This document shows positions 1 through 9,275 of a DNA stretch of 64,000 nt, one piece after another. The stretch lies in NCBI RefSeq assembly GCF_964235535.1, contig NZ_CAXSBH010000009.1, forward strand, positions 5,087-69,086. Reading direction: 5' to 3'. The notes under the pieces are model-generated. The model was not told where the DNA came from and made no database searches. It was given only the letters and a program-made list of their open reading frames with translations. The first letter of the stretch is position 1. Each line of letters begins with the position of its first letter. A program made the position numbers and the translations under genes. The DNA comes from an uncultured Sphingomonas sp. GTDB lineage: Bacteria > Pseudomonadota > Alphaproteobacteria > Sphingomonadales > Sphingomonadaceae.

Positions 1-1
1 C

Positions 2-1156
2 CGGGTGATCGTCGCGGCGGGCGGCGACATCGCGCGCGCCAACCTGCAGGCCGGCATCGTCGATAAGCTCGGCGACCGGATCGCCTTCGGCCGGCGCGTG
101 GCGCAGCTGGCGGGGACGGACGCGAGCAAGGGTGCGGGCTGGTTCAGGCGGATCGGCTACGACCAGTGGCTCGCCGCCAACCCCATGGGCACCAGCGGCG
201 ATGCGGTCGGCATCGTCACGGTGGCGGGCAACATCGTCGATGGCCAGGCGGGCCCCGGCACGGCGGCGGGCGACACCATCGCCAAGGCGGTGCTGGACGG
301 GCTGGCGACCAAGAACCTGAAGGCGCTCGTGGTGCGCGTCGACTCGCCGGGCGGCTCCGCGCTGGCAAGCGAGCGGATCAGGCTGGCGATCCGCGAGGCC
401 AAGCGGCGCGGGCTGCCGGTCGTGGTGTCGATGGGCGGGCTGGCGGCGTCGGGCGGCTATTGGGTCGCGACGGCGGGCGACACGATCTTCGCCGAGCCGA
501 ACACGATCACCGGATCGATCGGCATCTTCGGCGTCATCCCGACTTTCGAGCGGTCGCTCGCCAAGATCGGCGTGACCGCGGACGGCGTGCGGACGACGCC
601 GCTGTCCGGCCAGCCGGATGTGCTGGCGGGCACCAACGCGGCGGTCGATACGGTGCTGCAATCGTCGATCGAGAACGGCTACCGCCAGTTCATCGCCCGC
701 GTCGCGACCGCGCGCAAGCTGACGCCGCAGCGCGTTGACGAGATCGCCCAGGGCCGCGTCTGGGACGGCGGCACCGCGCGGCAGATCGGGCTGGTCGACC
801 GGTTCGGCGGGTTGTCGGACGCGGTCGCCGAGGCCGCGCGCCGCGCCAAGCTCGACCCGAAGGCGGTGCGTACGGTGTATCTGGAAAAGGAGCCGGGTTG
901 GGCGACGCAGCTCGCCTCGTCCTTCCGCTCCGATCCCGAGGAGGCGGCCGGCGGCGCGCCGACGGGCGACGCATTCGGGCGGATCGCGGCGGAGCGGCGG
1001 TTGTTGCTGGCGCGCGCGGTGGCGGACGCGCGGATGCTCGCGACCGGCGGATCGGTGCAGGCGCGCTGCATCGAATGCGCCGGCCTTGGGCCGGTGACGG
1101 CGGAGGCGATCGATGTGAAGCTGCTCGACCTCATCCTCGCGCGGCTGGGTTGGTGA
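2..1156 (+). CDS. sppA: Signal peptide peptidase SppA (protease IV family), 5' end outside the window
   Basis: The frame is open from the window edge. VRVDSPGGSALASE and GGLAASGGYW segments are typical of SppA-type serine peptidases. The ORF track's GTG start at 5 is probably internal. Confidence 0.8.
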   Translation, partial: RVIVAAGGDIARANLQAGIVDKLGDRIAFGRRVAQLAGTDASKGAGWFRRIGYDQWLAANPMGTSGDAVGIVTVAGNIVDGQAGPGTAAGDTIAKAVLDGLATKNLKALVVRVDSPGGSALASERIRLAIREAKRRGLPVVVSMGGLAASGGYWVATAGDTIFAEPNTITGSIGIFGVIPTFERSLAKIGVTADGVRTTPLSGQPDVLAGTNAAVDTVLQSSIENGYRQFIARVATARKLTPQRVDEIAQGRVWDGGTARQIGLVDRFGGLSDAVAEAARRAKLDPKAVRTVYLEKEPGWATQLASSFRSDPEEAAGGAPTGDAFGRIAAERRLLLARAVADARMLATGGSVQARCIECAGLGPVTAEAIDVKLLDLILARLGW

Positions 1157-1172
1157 TCCGACCGGTTCGGTA

Positions 1173-1676
1173 ATGCTCGTCCGGCCCGCGCGACCGGACG
1201 ACGCCGCCGCCGCGATCGCGGCGGTGTATGCGCCCTACGTGACCGACGGGGTGATCTCGTTCGAGCTCGACCCGCCCGACGCGGTCGAGATGGCGCGGCG
1301 GATGGCGGCGGGGGAAACGCGCCACCCCTGGCTGGTTGCGGAGGAGGCCGGGGCGGTGGTCGGCTACGCCTATGCGTCGGCGTTCCGCGCGCGCGCGGCA
1401 TACGACCGGGCGGTCGAGACGACGGTGTATGTCGCGGCCGATGCGCACGGTCGCGGGGTCGGTCGCGCCTTGTACGACGCGCTGCTCGCGCGGCTGACGG
1501 AGGCGGGCTTCACGCAGGCGGTCGCGGTGATCGCGCTGCCGAACGACGCTTCGGTGCGGCTGCATGAGCGGCTCGGCTTCGTTCCCATCGGGGTCAATCC
1601 GGCGGTCGGGTATAAGTTCGGGCGATGGATCGATGTGGGCGTATGGCAGCGCGCGCTGGCGGTCGCGGACGCGTAG
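1173..1676 (+). CDS. GNAT-family N-acetyltransferase, phosphinothricin / L-amino-acid acetyltransferase-like
   Basis: 167 aa. The pattern YPWLVAE-like (HPWLVAEE), GYAYASAFRARAAY, RGVGRALY and KFGRWIDV matches the PAT/MddA subgroup of GNAT enzymes. Confidence 0.8.
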   Translation: MLVRPARPDDAAAAIAAVYAPYVTDGVISFELDPPDAVEMARRMAAGETRHPWLVAEEAGAVVGYAYASAFRARAAYDRAVETTVYVAADAHGRGVGRALYDALLARLTEAGFTQAVAVIALPNDASVRLHERLGFVPIGVNPAVGYKFGRWIDVGVWQRALAVADA

Positions 1677-1812
1677 GATCTCGGCATCCGATGACGGCGC
1701 GGTGGTGTGGAACGCCTTACGGAAACCCTACGACGTTGTTGTTTTTCGTTAATGCAACCGTCGCTATGCCGCCCTCGTTACGTCCCCGTCCTGTTCAAAC
1801 AAGGAGTGTTCC

Positions 1813-2118
1813 ATGCGTAAGATCCTGCTCGCCCTGGGCTGCACCGCGATGGTCGTGCCCGCGCTGACCGTGCCCGACGTCGCCGACGCGCAGCGCCGCT
1901 ACAAGTACCGCGAATACCGCGACGACCGCGGTCGCCTGCGCTGCCGCAAGCCCGACGGCACGACCGGTCTGGTCGTCGGCGGCGTCGCGGGCGCTCTGCT
2001 CGGCCGCACGGTCGACACGCGCGGCGACCGCACGATCGGTACGCTGGGCGGCGCCGCCGCGGGCGCGCTAGCCGGCCGCGCGATCGACCGGGGCACGAGC
2101 AACCGCCGCTGCCGCTAA
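1813..2118 (+). CDS. Secreted glycine-zipper protein (17-kDa surface-antigen-like)
   Basis: It has a signal peptide ending ADAQ, then an Arg/Tyr/Asp-rich stretch. A GxxxG-type glycine zipper (GLVVGGVAGALLGR...GTLGGAAAGALAGR) follows, flanked by two Cys. It is a paralog of 52718..53077. Confidence 0.7.
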   Translation: MRKILLALGCTAMVVPALTVPDVADAQRRYKYREYRDDRGRLRCRKPDGTTGLVVGGVAGALLGRTVDTRGDRTIGTLGGAAAGALAGRAIDRGTSNRRCR

Positions 2119-2139
2119 GGCCTCTGGCGGTCGAGAAAC

Positions 2140-2168
2140 GGGGCGTCGCGGCCGGGTCGCGGCGCCCC
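2140..2168. terminator. GC-rich hairpin between convergent genes (candidate bidirectional terminator)
   Basis: GGGGCGTCGCG-GCCGGGT-CGCGGCGCCCC forms an 11-bp stem with one G-U pair, followed by TCTTCG. It lies between the stops at 2118 (+) and 2177 (-). Confidence 0.45.
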
Positions 2169-2176
2169 TCTTCGCG

Positions 2177-2398
2177 TCAGACGATTCCGCCGCCGAGCAT
2201 CAGCCGCAAACCGAAGATCACGATCAATATGAGATTGAAATTGCGGCCGGCGTTGCTCGAGGAAAGCGCACCTACGCCCGCGCCGGCGATGCCGATCGGG
2301 ATCACCAGCCAATTGAGCCAGCCGAGGAACGGCACGAAGGCGACGAAGCCCGCCGCCAGGGTCACGAGACCGATGAGGATCGAGACGATGTTGAGCAT
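2177..2398 (-). CDS. Small hydrophobic membrane protein, unknown function
   Basis: 73 aa, almost entirely hydrophobic, with two to three predicted TM segments. I recognise no family. Confidence 0.5.
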   Translation of the reverse strand: MLNIVSILIGLVTLAAGFVAFVPFLGWLNWLVIPIGIAGAGVGALSSSNAGRNFNLILIVIFGLRLMLGGGIV

Positions 2399-2494
2399 GG
2401 CGCGAAGATGGCATCCGCGCCTCCTGCTCGCAAGCCGATGTCATGCACGCTCGCGAATGCTTCCTTAACGCTTCGTCTTGCACGGTCCGTTCCG

Positions 2495-3223
2495 ATGCGC
2501 ATGACCGCCCTGCTCCTCTTGTCCGTCGCGCTGCTCGGTTGCGACCGCGCCGCGCGGGAACCGGACGAGTTGGCGCGGCTCGACCGGGAACTCGCCGAAG
2601 CGGGCGACCTCGCGCGCGATCCGGTCGCGGCGGCGGCGCTCGGCGACCAGATCATGGTCGACCCCCAGCTGACCCAGCAATCCAACGCCGACGCGATCCG
2701 TCCGCCCAACCGCCCGGACGGCGGCGCGGTCGCCCCTGTCGACATCGCCGCACGTCCCGAGAGCGCGCCGCCGCCGGGCCTGACGCCCGCGCCCGCGACG
2801 AAGGCCGACTGCCCCGAATGCCGCGCGCGCGACGGCGCGCTGACGCTGGGCGCGCTCGCCGAACGCCAGCGCGACGCGCGCACGCGGAACTGCGCGCCGC
2901 GGATCGCCTATTCGGCCGCCTGGGCGAACCGCCTGCCCGCGGCGGCCGCGCTCTATCCGGACGCGCGCGTGATCGAGGCGGCGGGGGTCGACGAGCCCGG
3001 CTGCCGATTGCGCGTCGTCACCTTCCGCAGCTCCGCCCCGCTCCAGCGCGTCGCCGACTGGTACGGTACGACGGGCCGCCGCGCGGGCTACGCCGCCGAG
3101 CACAGGGTCGACGGCGCGGTGCATGTCGTGGGCGGCACGCGCGGCGATGCGGCCTATCTCGCTTATCTGCGCGCGCGTTCCGACGGCGGCACCGACGTCG
3201 ACGTGATCGCCGGCGGGGGCTGA
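2495..3223 (+). CDS. Putative lipoprotein, unknown function
   Basis: The internal Met gives MRMTALLLLSVALLGC with a lipobox-like LLGC. The ORF is open from 2408, but the signal peptide favours a start at 2495. Confidence 0.55.
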   Translation: MRMTALLLLSVALLGCDRAAREPDELARLDRELAEAGDLARDPVAAAALGDQIMVDPQLTQQSNADAIRPPNRPDGGAVAPVDIAARPESAPPPGLTPAPATKADCPECRARDGALTLGALAERQRDARTRNCAPRIAYSAAWANRLPAAAALYPDARVIEAAGVDEPGCRLRVVTFRSSAPLQRVADWYGTTGRRAGYAAEHRVDGAVHVVGGTRGDAAYLAYLRARSDGGTDVDVIAGGG

Positions 3224-3290
3224 CGGACGCTTCGGAAACGCCGGAACGCTGCACCTCGCTCCCATGCCCGAATCAGGCTAACGGGCGCTC

Positions 3291-3662
3291 ATGTCCTTGT
3301 TTCTCGTCATGGCCGGCGGAGCGATCGGGTCGGGAGCGCGCTTTCTGAGCGGGCGAGCGGCCGTCGCGATCGTCGGGCCCGGTTATCCTTACGCCACGCT
3401 TTTCGTGAATTTGCTCGGCGGCTTGCTGATGGGGGTCCTTGCGGGACTGCTCGCTCGCGGGGCGCTCGTCGAAGGCTGGCGCGAGTTTGCGGGGGTGGGA
3501 CTGCTCGGCGGTTTCACGACTTTCTCCGCTTTCTCGCTCGACGTTGTTGAAATGGCCGAGCGGGGCGCGACGGGCATGGCTGCCGCCTATGTGCTCCTGT
3601 CGGTACTAGGTTCGATCGCCGCGCTGATGGCGGGTCTCCAGCTCGCAAGGACGATCGCATGA
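3291..3662 (+). CDS. crcB: Fluoride ion channel CrcB/FluC
   Basis: 123 aa with four hydrophobic segments. GGAIGSGARF, FVNLLGG and GLLGGFTTFSAFS match the CrcB family. Confidence 0.85.
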   Translation: MSLFLVMAGGAIGSGARFLSGRAAVAIVGPGYPYATLFVNLLGGLLMGVLAGLLARGALVEGWREFAGVGLLGGFTTFSAFSLDVVEMAERGATGMAAAYVLLSVLGSIAALMAGLQLARTIA

Positions 3663-4750
3663 CCGACACCGTTCGCCAGTACCCCATCGGTTACGATGAC
3701 GACGGGATCCGCGTCGACCGCTGGTTCAAGCGGCATCTGCCCGACACCAGCTTCACCGCCGTCGCCAAATGGGCGCGCACGGGCCAGCTCCGCCTGGACG
3801 GCGCGCGGGTGGGCCCGGGCGACCGGATCGCCGCGGGCCAAGTGCTGCGCGTGCCCCCGCCCGAGCCGGTGCGCGTGGGCGAGAAGCCCGTCCGCGAGCG
3901 TACGCCGCTGACCGACGACCAGATCGGGTATGTCAGCGAGATGGTGATCCACCGCGACGCCGCCGCTCTGGTGCTCAACAAACCGCCCGGCCTTGCGACG
4001 CAGGGCGGGACCAAGACGACCGAGCATGTCGACGGGCTGCTCGACGCCTTCGCGGAAGGGGACGCGCGGCCCAAGCTCGTCCACCGGCTCGATAAGGACA
4101 CGTCCGGCGCGCTGCTCGTGGCGCGGACGGCGCGCGCGGCGGGGTTCTTCGCCAAGGCCTTCTCCAGCCGCACCGCGCGCAAGACCTATTGGGCGCTGGT
4201 CATCGACGTGCCCTCGATCGACGACGGCATGGTCGAGCTCGCCTTGGCCAAGCAGCCGGGCACCGGCGGCGAGAAGATGCATGTCGACGAGGCGGAGGGT
4301 CTGGCCGCGCGGACCCGCTACCGCGTGATCGAGCGCGCGGGCAACCGCACCGCCTGGGTCGAGCTGCTGCCCTTCACCGGCCGTACGCACCAGCTGCGCG
4401 CGCACATGGCCGCGATCGGCCATCCGATCGTCGGCGACGGCAAGTATGGCGGCCAGGCCGCGTTCCTGACCGGCGGGATCAGCCGCAAGATGCATCTGCA
4501 TGCCCGCCGCATCCGCGTCGACCACCCCGACGGCGGCGCGATCGACGTCACCGCCGAACTGCCCACCCACTTCGCCGAGTCGCTGGCTCTGCTGGGTTTC
4601 GAGGAGATGAGCGGCAATTTCCTTCCCGACGACAGCGAAAAGGCGCCGCCGTCAAAGGAAGTGATCAAGACGCGGGCCAAGGCGCACGCGAAGTCGGTGC
4701 GCAAGGAACGGAGGGGTGAGCGGCGTGGGCGCGGCGAGCGGACGAACTAG
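3659..4750 (+). CDS. rluC: RluA-family rRNA pseudouridine synthase (RluC-like) with N-terminal S4 domain and basic C-terminal tail
   Basis: It carries the HRLDKDTSGALLVART catalytic motif and GRTHQLRAH. The start ATG overlaps the crcB stop (ATGA). Confidence 0.85.
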   Translation: MTDTVRQYPIGYDDDGIRVDRWFKRHLPDTSFTAVAKWARTGQLRLDGARVGPGDRIAAGQVLRVPPPEPVRVGEKPVRERTPLTDDQIGYVSEMVIHRDAAALVLNKPPGLATQGGTKTTEHVDGLLDAFAEGDARPKLVHRLDKDTSGALLVARTARAAGFFAKAFSSRTARKTYWALVIDVPSIDDGMVELALAKQPGTGGEKMHVDEAEGLAARTRYRVIERAGNRTAWVELLPFTGRTHQLRAHMAAIGHPIVGDGKYGGQAAFLTGGISRKMHLHARRIRVDHPDGGAIDVTAELPTHFAESLALLGFEEMSGNFLPDDSEKAPPSKEVIKTRAKAHAKSVRKERRGERRGRGERTN

Positions 4751-4998
4751 TCGCGCAAACCGGCGTCGATCTTCACCGTTTCCTTGATGGGGACGGTTGC
4801 GAAAGTCTTACCGGCGATATTGGTGATGTCGACGCGGCAACCCACGCATAACTCACCTGATTCCAGTTCCGCACCGATGACCGCGCTCGCCGAGCAGATG
4901 GCCTGTTGCCTTGCTGCATCCAAGTCGATCAGCTCGATGCCGTCATGGTCCTCGAAGGTCGGTCCGCGTTCGAGAAGGTGAAAATAGAAGCGTGCCAT
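4747..4998 (-). CDS. DUF6894-family small protein
   Basis: From the internal Met, MARFYFHLLERG...DHDGIELIDLDAARQQA matches the DUF6894 pattern (MxRYFFH...D.EG.E..D...A). The surrounding 4750-5110 is visibly AT-richer. The longer start at 5061 is possible. Confidence 0.6.
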   Translation of the reverse strand: MARFYFHLLERGPTFEDHDGIELIDLDAARQQAICSASAVIGAELESGELCVGCRVDITNIAGKTFATVPIKETVKIDAGLRD

Positions 4999-5169
4999 GA
5001 CCCCACTTCCGATCTGATCTATTAAAAATCTATATTGCCGATCCGATTCACCTTCCATCAAGCATGTTAGTCACTTTGACAAATTTCTCATTGATTACTA
5101 CCGAAGCGGCGCATTTACTCCGCAGGCATCCAAAGCCTTAACCGGTTTGCGTGGGCGCGGCGCTCGCCT

Positions 5170-5850
5170 ATGACCTTGGCTATGTCCGACCGCGTCCGCT
5201 TAGCCATCTTCGACTGCGACGGAACGCTCGTGGACAGCCAGGCGAACATCTGCCGGGCGATGGAGGAGGCGTTCGCGCGACACGGGGTCGAACCGCCGCC
5301 GCGTGCCGCGATCCGGCGGATCGTTGGTTTGAGCCTGGTCGAGGCGGTGCGGACATTGAGCCCGGAGCGGGACGATGCGCTCCACCGGCGACTCGCGGGG
5401 GAATACAAACAGATATTCCGCGCGATGCGGGCGGACGCCCGGCTGGATGACGAACCCTTGTTCGCGGGTATGGCGGATGCGCTCGACGGCTTGCGCGATC
5501 GCGGGTGGGTTCTGGGCGTGGCAACGGGGAAATCGGACCGCGGGCTCGCGCATGTGCTGGCCGCGCACGGGATCGCCGACCGTTTCGCGACGCTCCAGAC
5601 CGCGGACCGGCATCCGTCCAAGCCCGATCCGGCGATGGCGGTCGCCGCGATGGCCGAGATCGGGGCCGCGCCCGGCGATTGCGTCATGATCGGCGATACC
5701 AGCTTCGACATGGCGATGGGTCGCGCAGCCGGCGTGCGCGCGGTCGGCGTCGCGTGGGGCTATTACGCCGCCTCCGAATTGATCGCAGCCGGGGCCGATA
5801 TGGTGGCGACCGAGCCCTCCGCGCTGCCGCATCTGCTGGAGGCGGGATGA
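5170..5850 (+). CDS. HAD-superfamily hydrolase, phosphoglycolate phosphatase-like
   Basis: It has the DCDGTLVDS motif I, GVATGKS motif II and MIGDTSFDM motif IV. Confidence 0.8.
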   Translation: MTLAMSDRVRLAIFDCDGTLVDSQANICRAMEEAFARHGVEPPPRAAIRRIVGLSLVEAVRTLSPERDDALHRRLAGEYKQIFRAMRADARLDDEPLFAGMADALDGLRDRGWVLGVATGKSDRGLAHVLAAHGIADRFATLQTADRHPSKPDPAMAVAAMAEIGAAPGDCVMIGDTSFDMAMGRAAGVRAVGVAWGYYAASELIAAGADMVATEPSALPHLLEAG

Positions 5851-6083
5851 CCGACCCCGACGACCTGCTGGCCCGCCGGCGCTATTACGCGATGATGTCG
5901 GTCGAGCTTGCGGGAGTCGCGGGCGCGGTGTTCGGGCTGGTGCTGATCGGGCGGAGCGTCGGCACGATCCCGCGCGTGATCGGCGCGGCGATCGTGATAT
6001 CAGCGTTGTTGATGATCGCGTCGGTGCCGCGCGCGATGGCCAGGCGATGGCGGACGCCGCCGGAAAACGATCACCGTCGGTGA
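5847..6083 (+). CDS. Small two-TM membrane protein, unknown function
   Basis: The ATG at 5847 overlaps the stop of the HAD gene (ATGA). The 78-aa product has two hydrophobic segments. Confidence 0.45.
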   Translation: MTDPDDLLARRRYYAMMSVELAGVAGAVFGLVLIGRSVGTIPRVIGAAIVISALLMIASVPRAMARRWRTPPENDHRR

Positions 6084-6775
6084 AGCGCTTCTGGACCGAG
6101 GTGACCGTCGGCCCCGATCGCGCCGTCGCGCTCGACGGACGGCCGGTGCGGACGCCCGGCCGCGTAGCGCTCGCGCTTCCGACCGAGGCGCTGGCGGCGG
6201 CGGTAGCGGGCGAATGGCGCGCGGTCGGCGAGACCGTGGACCCGCGGGCGATGCCGCTGACCGGGCTTGCCAACGCCGCGATCGACCGGGTCGCCCCCGA
6301 CCCCGCCGCCTTTGCCGCCGGGCTTGCGCGTTACGGCGAGAGCGACCTGCTCTGCTACCGGGCCGCCGCGCCGGAGCCGCTGGTGGAGCGACAGGCCGCG
6401 GCATGGGACCCGCCGCTCGCCTGGGCGCGCGGGCGATACGACGTGCATCTCGCGGTCGCCAGCGGGGTCATGCACGTCGCGCAGCCGCCGATGGCGATCC
6501 AGCGGCTGGGCGAGGCAATCGCGGCGCGGGACGCCTGGACGCTAGCCGCGCTATCGCCGGTCGTGACGATCACCGGCTCGCTCGTGCTCGCGCTGGCGCT
6601 CGCGGAGGGTGCGATGACGGCGGAGGAGGCGTGGGCCGCATCGATCGTCGACGAGGAGTGGCAGGCCGAGCTGTGGGGCGAGGACGCGCTCGCGACGGAG
6701 GCCCGCGCCGCGCGACGGGCGGAGTTCGATGCGGGGGTGGGGTTCCTGCAAGCCGTGTGCCCCCCCCTTGGATAG
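6047..6775 (+). CDS. ATP12-family F1-ATP synthase assembly chaperone
   Basis: KRFWTEVTV near the N-terminus and the overall length are typical of alphaproteobacterial ATP12 homologs. Confidence 0.8.
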   Translation: MADAAGKRSPSVKRFWTEVTVGPDRAVALDGRPVRTPGRVALALPTEALAAAVAGEWRAVGETVDPRAMPLTGLANAAIDRVAPDPAAFAAGLARYGESDLLCYRAAAPEPLVERQAAAWDPPLAWARGRYDVHLAVASGVMHVAQPPMAIQRLGEAIAARDAWTLAALSPVVTITGSLVLALALAEGAMTAEEAWAASIVDEEWQAELWGEDALATEARAARRAEFDAGVGFLQAVCPPLG

Positions 6776-6786
6776 GAAGCGGAGGA

Positions 6787-7452
6787 TCAGGCCGCCTTTG
6801 TCAGATGCCGGATGAAGCCGATCAGTCCGGTCTGGCGCGACCGTTTAAGCCGCTCGGCCGCCAGGATCGTGCGGACGCGCTCGAAACATCCCTCCACGTC
6901 GTCGTTGACCAGCACGTAATCGTACCCGTCCCAGTGGCTGACCTCGCTCGCGGCGCGCGCCATGCGGGCGTCGATCACCTCGGCCGCGTCGGTGGCGCGG
7001 CGCAGCAGCCGGTCGTGCAGCTCTTCCATCGAGGGCGGCAGGATGAAGACGCGCACCACGTCGCCGCCCGCGATTTGATGAAGCTGCTGCGCCCCCTGCC
7101 AGTCGATGTCGAACAGCACGTCGCGTCCCGACGCCAGCACCTCGTCGACCGGCGCGCGCGGGGTGCCGTAGCGCTGGCCGAATACGTGCGCCCATTCCAG
7201 GAACTCGTGGTCCGCGACCATGCGGCGGAACCGGTCGAGATCGACGAAGTGATAGTCGCGCCCGTCCTCCTCGCCCGGCCGGATCGCGCGAGTGGTGGCG
7301 GACACGGATATCGCCAGCTCGGGCTCGGCGGCCAGCAGCTTGCGCGCGATCGTCGACTTGCCCGCGCCCGACGGCGAGGACAGCACGAACAAGACGCCCC
7401 GGCGCTGCATGCCGTGCGGGTCGCCAGCGGGACGGGGCGTGGAGCGGCTCAT
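6787..7452 (-). CDS. gmk: Guanylate kinase
   Basis: It has the P-loop SSPSGAGKST and YHFV and DIDWQGA segments. The start is placed at an internal Met (7452, alternatively 7410) so that it does not overlap the divergent helicase gene. Confidence 0.9.
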   Translation of the reverse strand: MSRSTPRPAGDPHGMQRRGVLFVLSSPSGAGKSTIARKLLAAEPELAISVSATTRAIRPGEEDGRDYHFVDLDRFRRMVADHEFLEWAHVFGQRYGTPRAPVDEVLASGRDVLFDIDWQGAQQLHQIAGGDVVRVFILPPSMEELHDRLLRRATDAAEVIDARMARAASEVSHWDGYDYVLVNDDVEGCFERVRTILAAERLKRSRQTGLIGFIRHLTKAA

Positions 7453-7547
7453 GCGCGCCCTTGGCGGCAGCGCGCCGCACTCGTCAAGGGAGGCGCACGG
7501 TCCGGCCCCTTGCCCCGGCCGCGGTAAAGCGCCATTTGCGATGACAT

Positions 7548-9275
7548 ATGACATTCCCCGAACTACCCGCCCCGCTCGCCGCGGCTCTTTCCGCGCGCGG
7601 CTACGCCGACCCCACCCCCGTCCAGGCGGCGGTGTTGGATGGGGCGGCGCGCGGGCGCGACCTGCTCGTCTCGGCCCAGACGGGATCGGGCAAAACGGTC
7701 GCTTTCGGGCTTGCTTTCGCCGACGAGCTGCTCGACGCGGACGGCAAGCTGCCGCCCGCCGCCAAGCCGCTGGCGCTCGCCATCGCGCCGACGCGCGAGC
7801 TGGCGCTGCAGGTCGCGACCGAGCTCAACTGGCTGTATGAGGGCGCGCGCGGGCGTGTCGTCACCTGCGTGGGCGGCATGGACGCGTCAAAGGAGCGGCG
7901 GTCGCTGAACCACGGCGCACATATCGTCGTCGGCACGCCCGGGCGCCTGCGCGACCATCTGGAGCGCGGCAGCCTGGACCTGTCCGCCCTGCGTGCCGCC
8001 GTGCTCGACGAGGCGGACGAGATGCTCGATATGGGATTCCGCGAGGACCTGGAGCAGATCCTAGATGCGACCCCGGCCGAGCGCCGCACCCTCCTGTTCT
8101 CCGCGACCATCCCGCGCCCGATCGTGGCGCTGGCGCGCACCTACCAGCGCGACGCGCACCGAATCGAGACGACGGCGGGCGAGCGCGGGCACGGCGACAT
8201 CGCGTATCAGGCGGTGACCTGCGCGCCCGCCGACATCGAGAACGTCGTCGTCAATCTGCTGCGCCTGCATGAGGCGGAAACGGCGATCCTGTTCTGCGCC
8301 ACGCGCGACAACGTTCGCCACCTGCACGCATCGCTCAACGAGCGCGGCTTCGGCGCGGTCGCCTTGTCGGGCGAGCACAGCCAGTCGGAGCGCAACCACG
8401 CGCTGCAAGCCTTGCGCGACGGCCGCGCGCGCGTGTGCGTCGCGACCGACGTGGCCGCGCGCGGGATCGACCTGCCCGGCCTGTCGCTGGTCGTTCATGT
8501 CGAGGTGCCGCGCGACGCGGAGGTGCTCCAGCACCGGTCGGGCCGCACCGGCCGCGCGGGCGCGAAGGGCACGGCCGTCATCATCGTTCCCTATCCCCGC
8601 CGCCGCCGCGTCGAGGGCATGCTGCGCGGCGCACGCATCGAGGCGAGCTGGATCCAGCCGCCGACCCCCGAGGCGATCCGCGCCGCCGACCGCGACCGGC
8701 TGCTCGTCAAGCTGCTCGCCCCGGTCGAGGTGGACGCGGAGGATCAGGCGCTGGCCGAGCGCCTGCTGAGCGAGAAGACCCCCGCCGAGATCGCCGCCGC
8801 GCTGGTCCATGCGCACCGCTCCGCGCTGCCGCCGCCCGAGGAGCTGATCGCCGCCGAGCAGCGCGCGGAGCGGCGCCCGCCGCGCGACGATTTTGGCCCA
8901 TCCGCCTGGTTCCGGCTGGATGCGGGTCGCCGCCAGAACGCCGATCCGCGCTGGCTGCTGCCGCTCCTCTGCCGGCGTGGGCACGTGTCCAAGGACGAGA
9001 TCGGCGCGATCCGCATCGGCCCGAACGAGACCCAGTTCGAGGTGCGCGGCGACGTCGCGGCCCGTTTCGCGCAGGCGCTCGGCCGGACGGCGGAGACGGA
9101 CGATAGCGGCATCGCGATAGAGCAAATCGACGGCGCGCCGTCGGGCCCGCCCCCGCGCTCGAACGACGGCCCGCGCCACCATGCGCGCCCGACGGGTCAG
9201 CGCCCGACCGGCCCGCGAGCCGGCCAACCGCACCGCGGTCAGCCCCGCAGCGCGCCCGGACGGGGCTCCCGCTGA
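7548..9275 (+). CDS. DEAD-box ATP-dependent RNA helicase with DbpA-type C-terminal RNA-binding domain and basic tail
   Basis: Motifs present are the Q-motif, AQTGSGKT, DEAD (VLDEADEM), SAT and HRSGRTGRAG. The C-terminal segment WFRLDAGRRQNADPRWLLPLLCRRG resembles the DbpA RBD. Confidence 0.9.
   Translation: MTFPELPAPLAAALSARGYADPTPVQAAVLDGAARGRDLLVSAQTGSGKTVAFGLAFADELLDADGKLPPAAKPLALAIAPTRELALQVATELNWLYEGARGRVVTCVGGMDASKERRSLNHGAHIVVGTPGRLRDHLERGSLDLSALRAAVLDEADEMLDMGFREDLEQILDATPAERRTLLFSATIPRPIVALARTYQRDAHRIETTAGERGHGDIAYQAVTCAPADIENVVVNLLRLHEAETAILFCATRDNVRHLHASLNERGFGAVALSGEHSQSERNHALQALRDGRARVCVATDVAARGIDLPGLSLVVHVEVPRDAEVLQHRSGRTGRAGAKGTAVIIVPYPRRRRVEGMLRGARIEASWIQPPTPEAIRAADRDRLLVKLLAPVEVDAEDQALAERLLSEKTPAEIAAALVHAHRSALPPPEELIAAEQRAERRPPRDDFGPSAWFRLDAGRRQNADPRWLLPLLCRRGHVSKDEIGAIRIGPNETQFEVRGDVAARFAQALGRTAETDDSGIAIEQIDGAPSGPPPRSNDGPRHHARPTGQRPTGPRAGQPHRGQPRSAPGRGSR

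Noticed and set aside
3224-3290. Possible fluoride riboswitch upstream of crcB.
   Set aside because: The 67-nt spacer lacks the conserved crcB-motif elements as I remember them (GGNGATG...CCGCC...CTGATGA-type core). No GATG/CTGATG segments or matching pseudoknot partners are visible.
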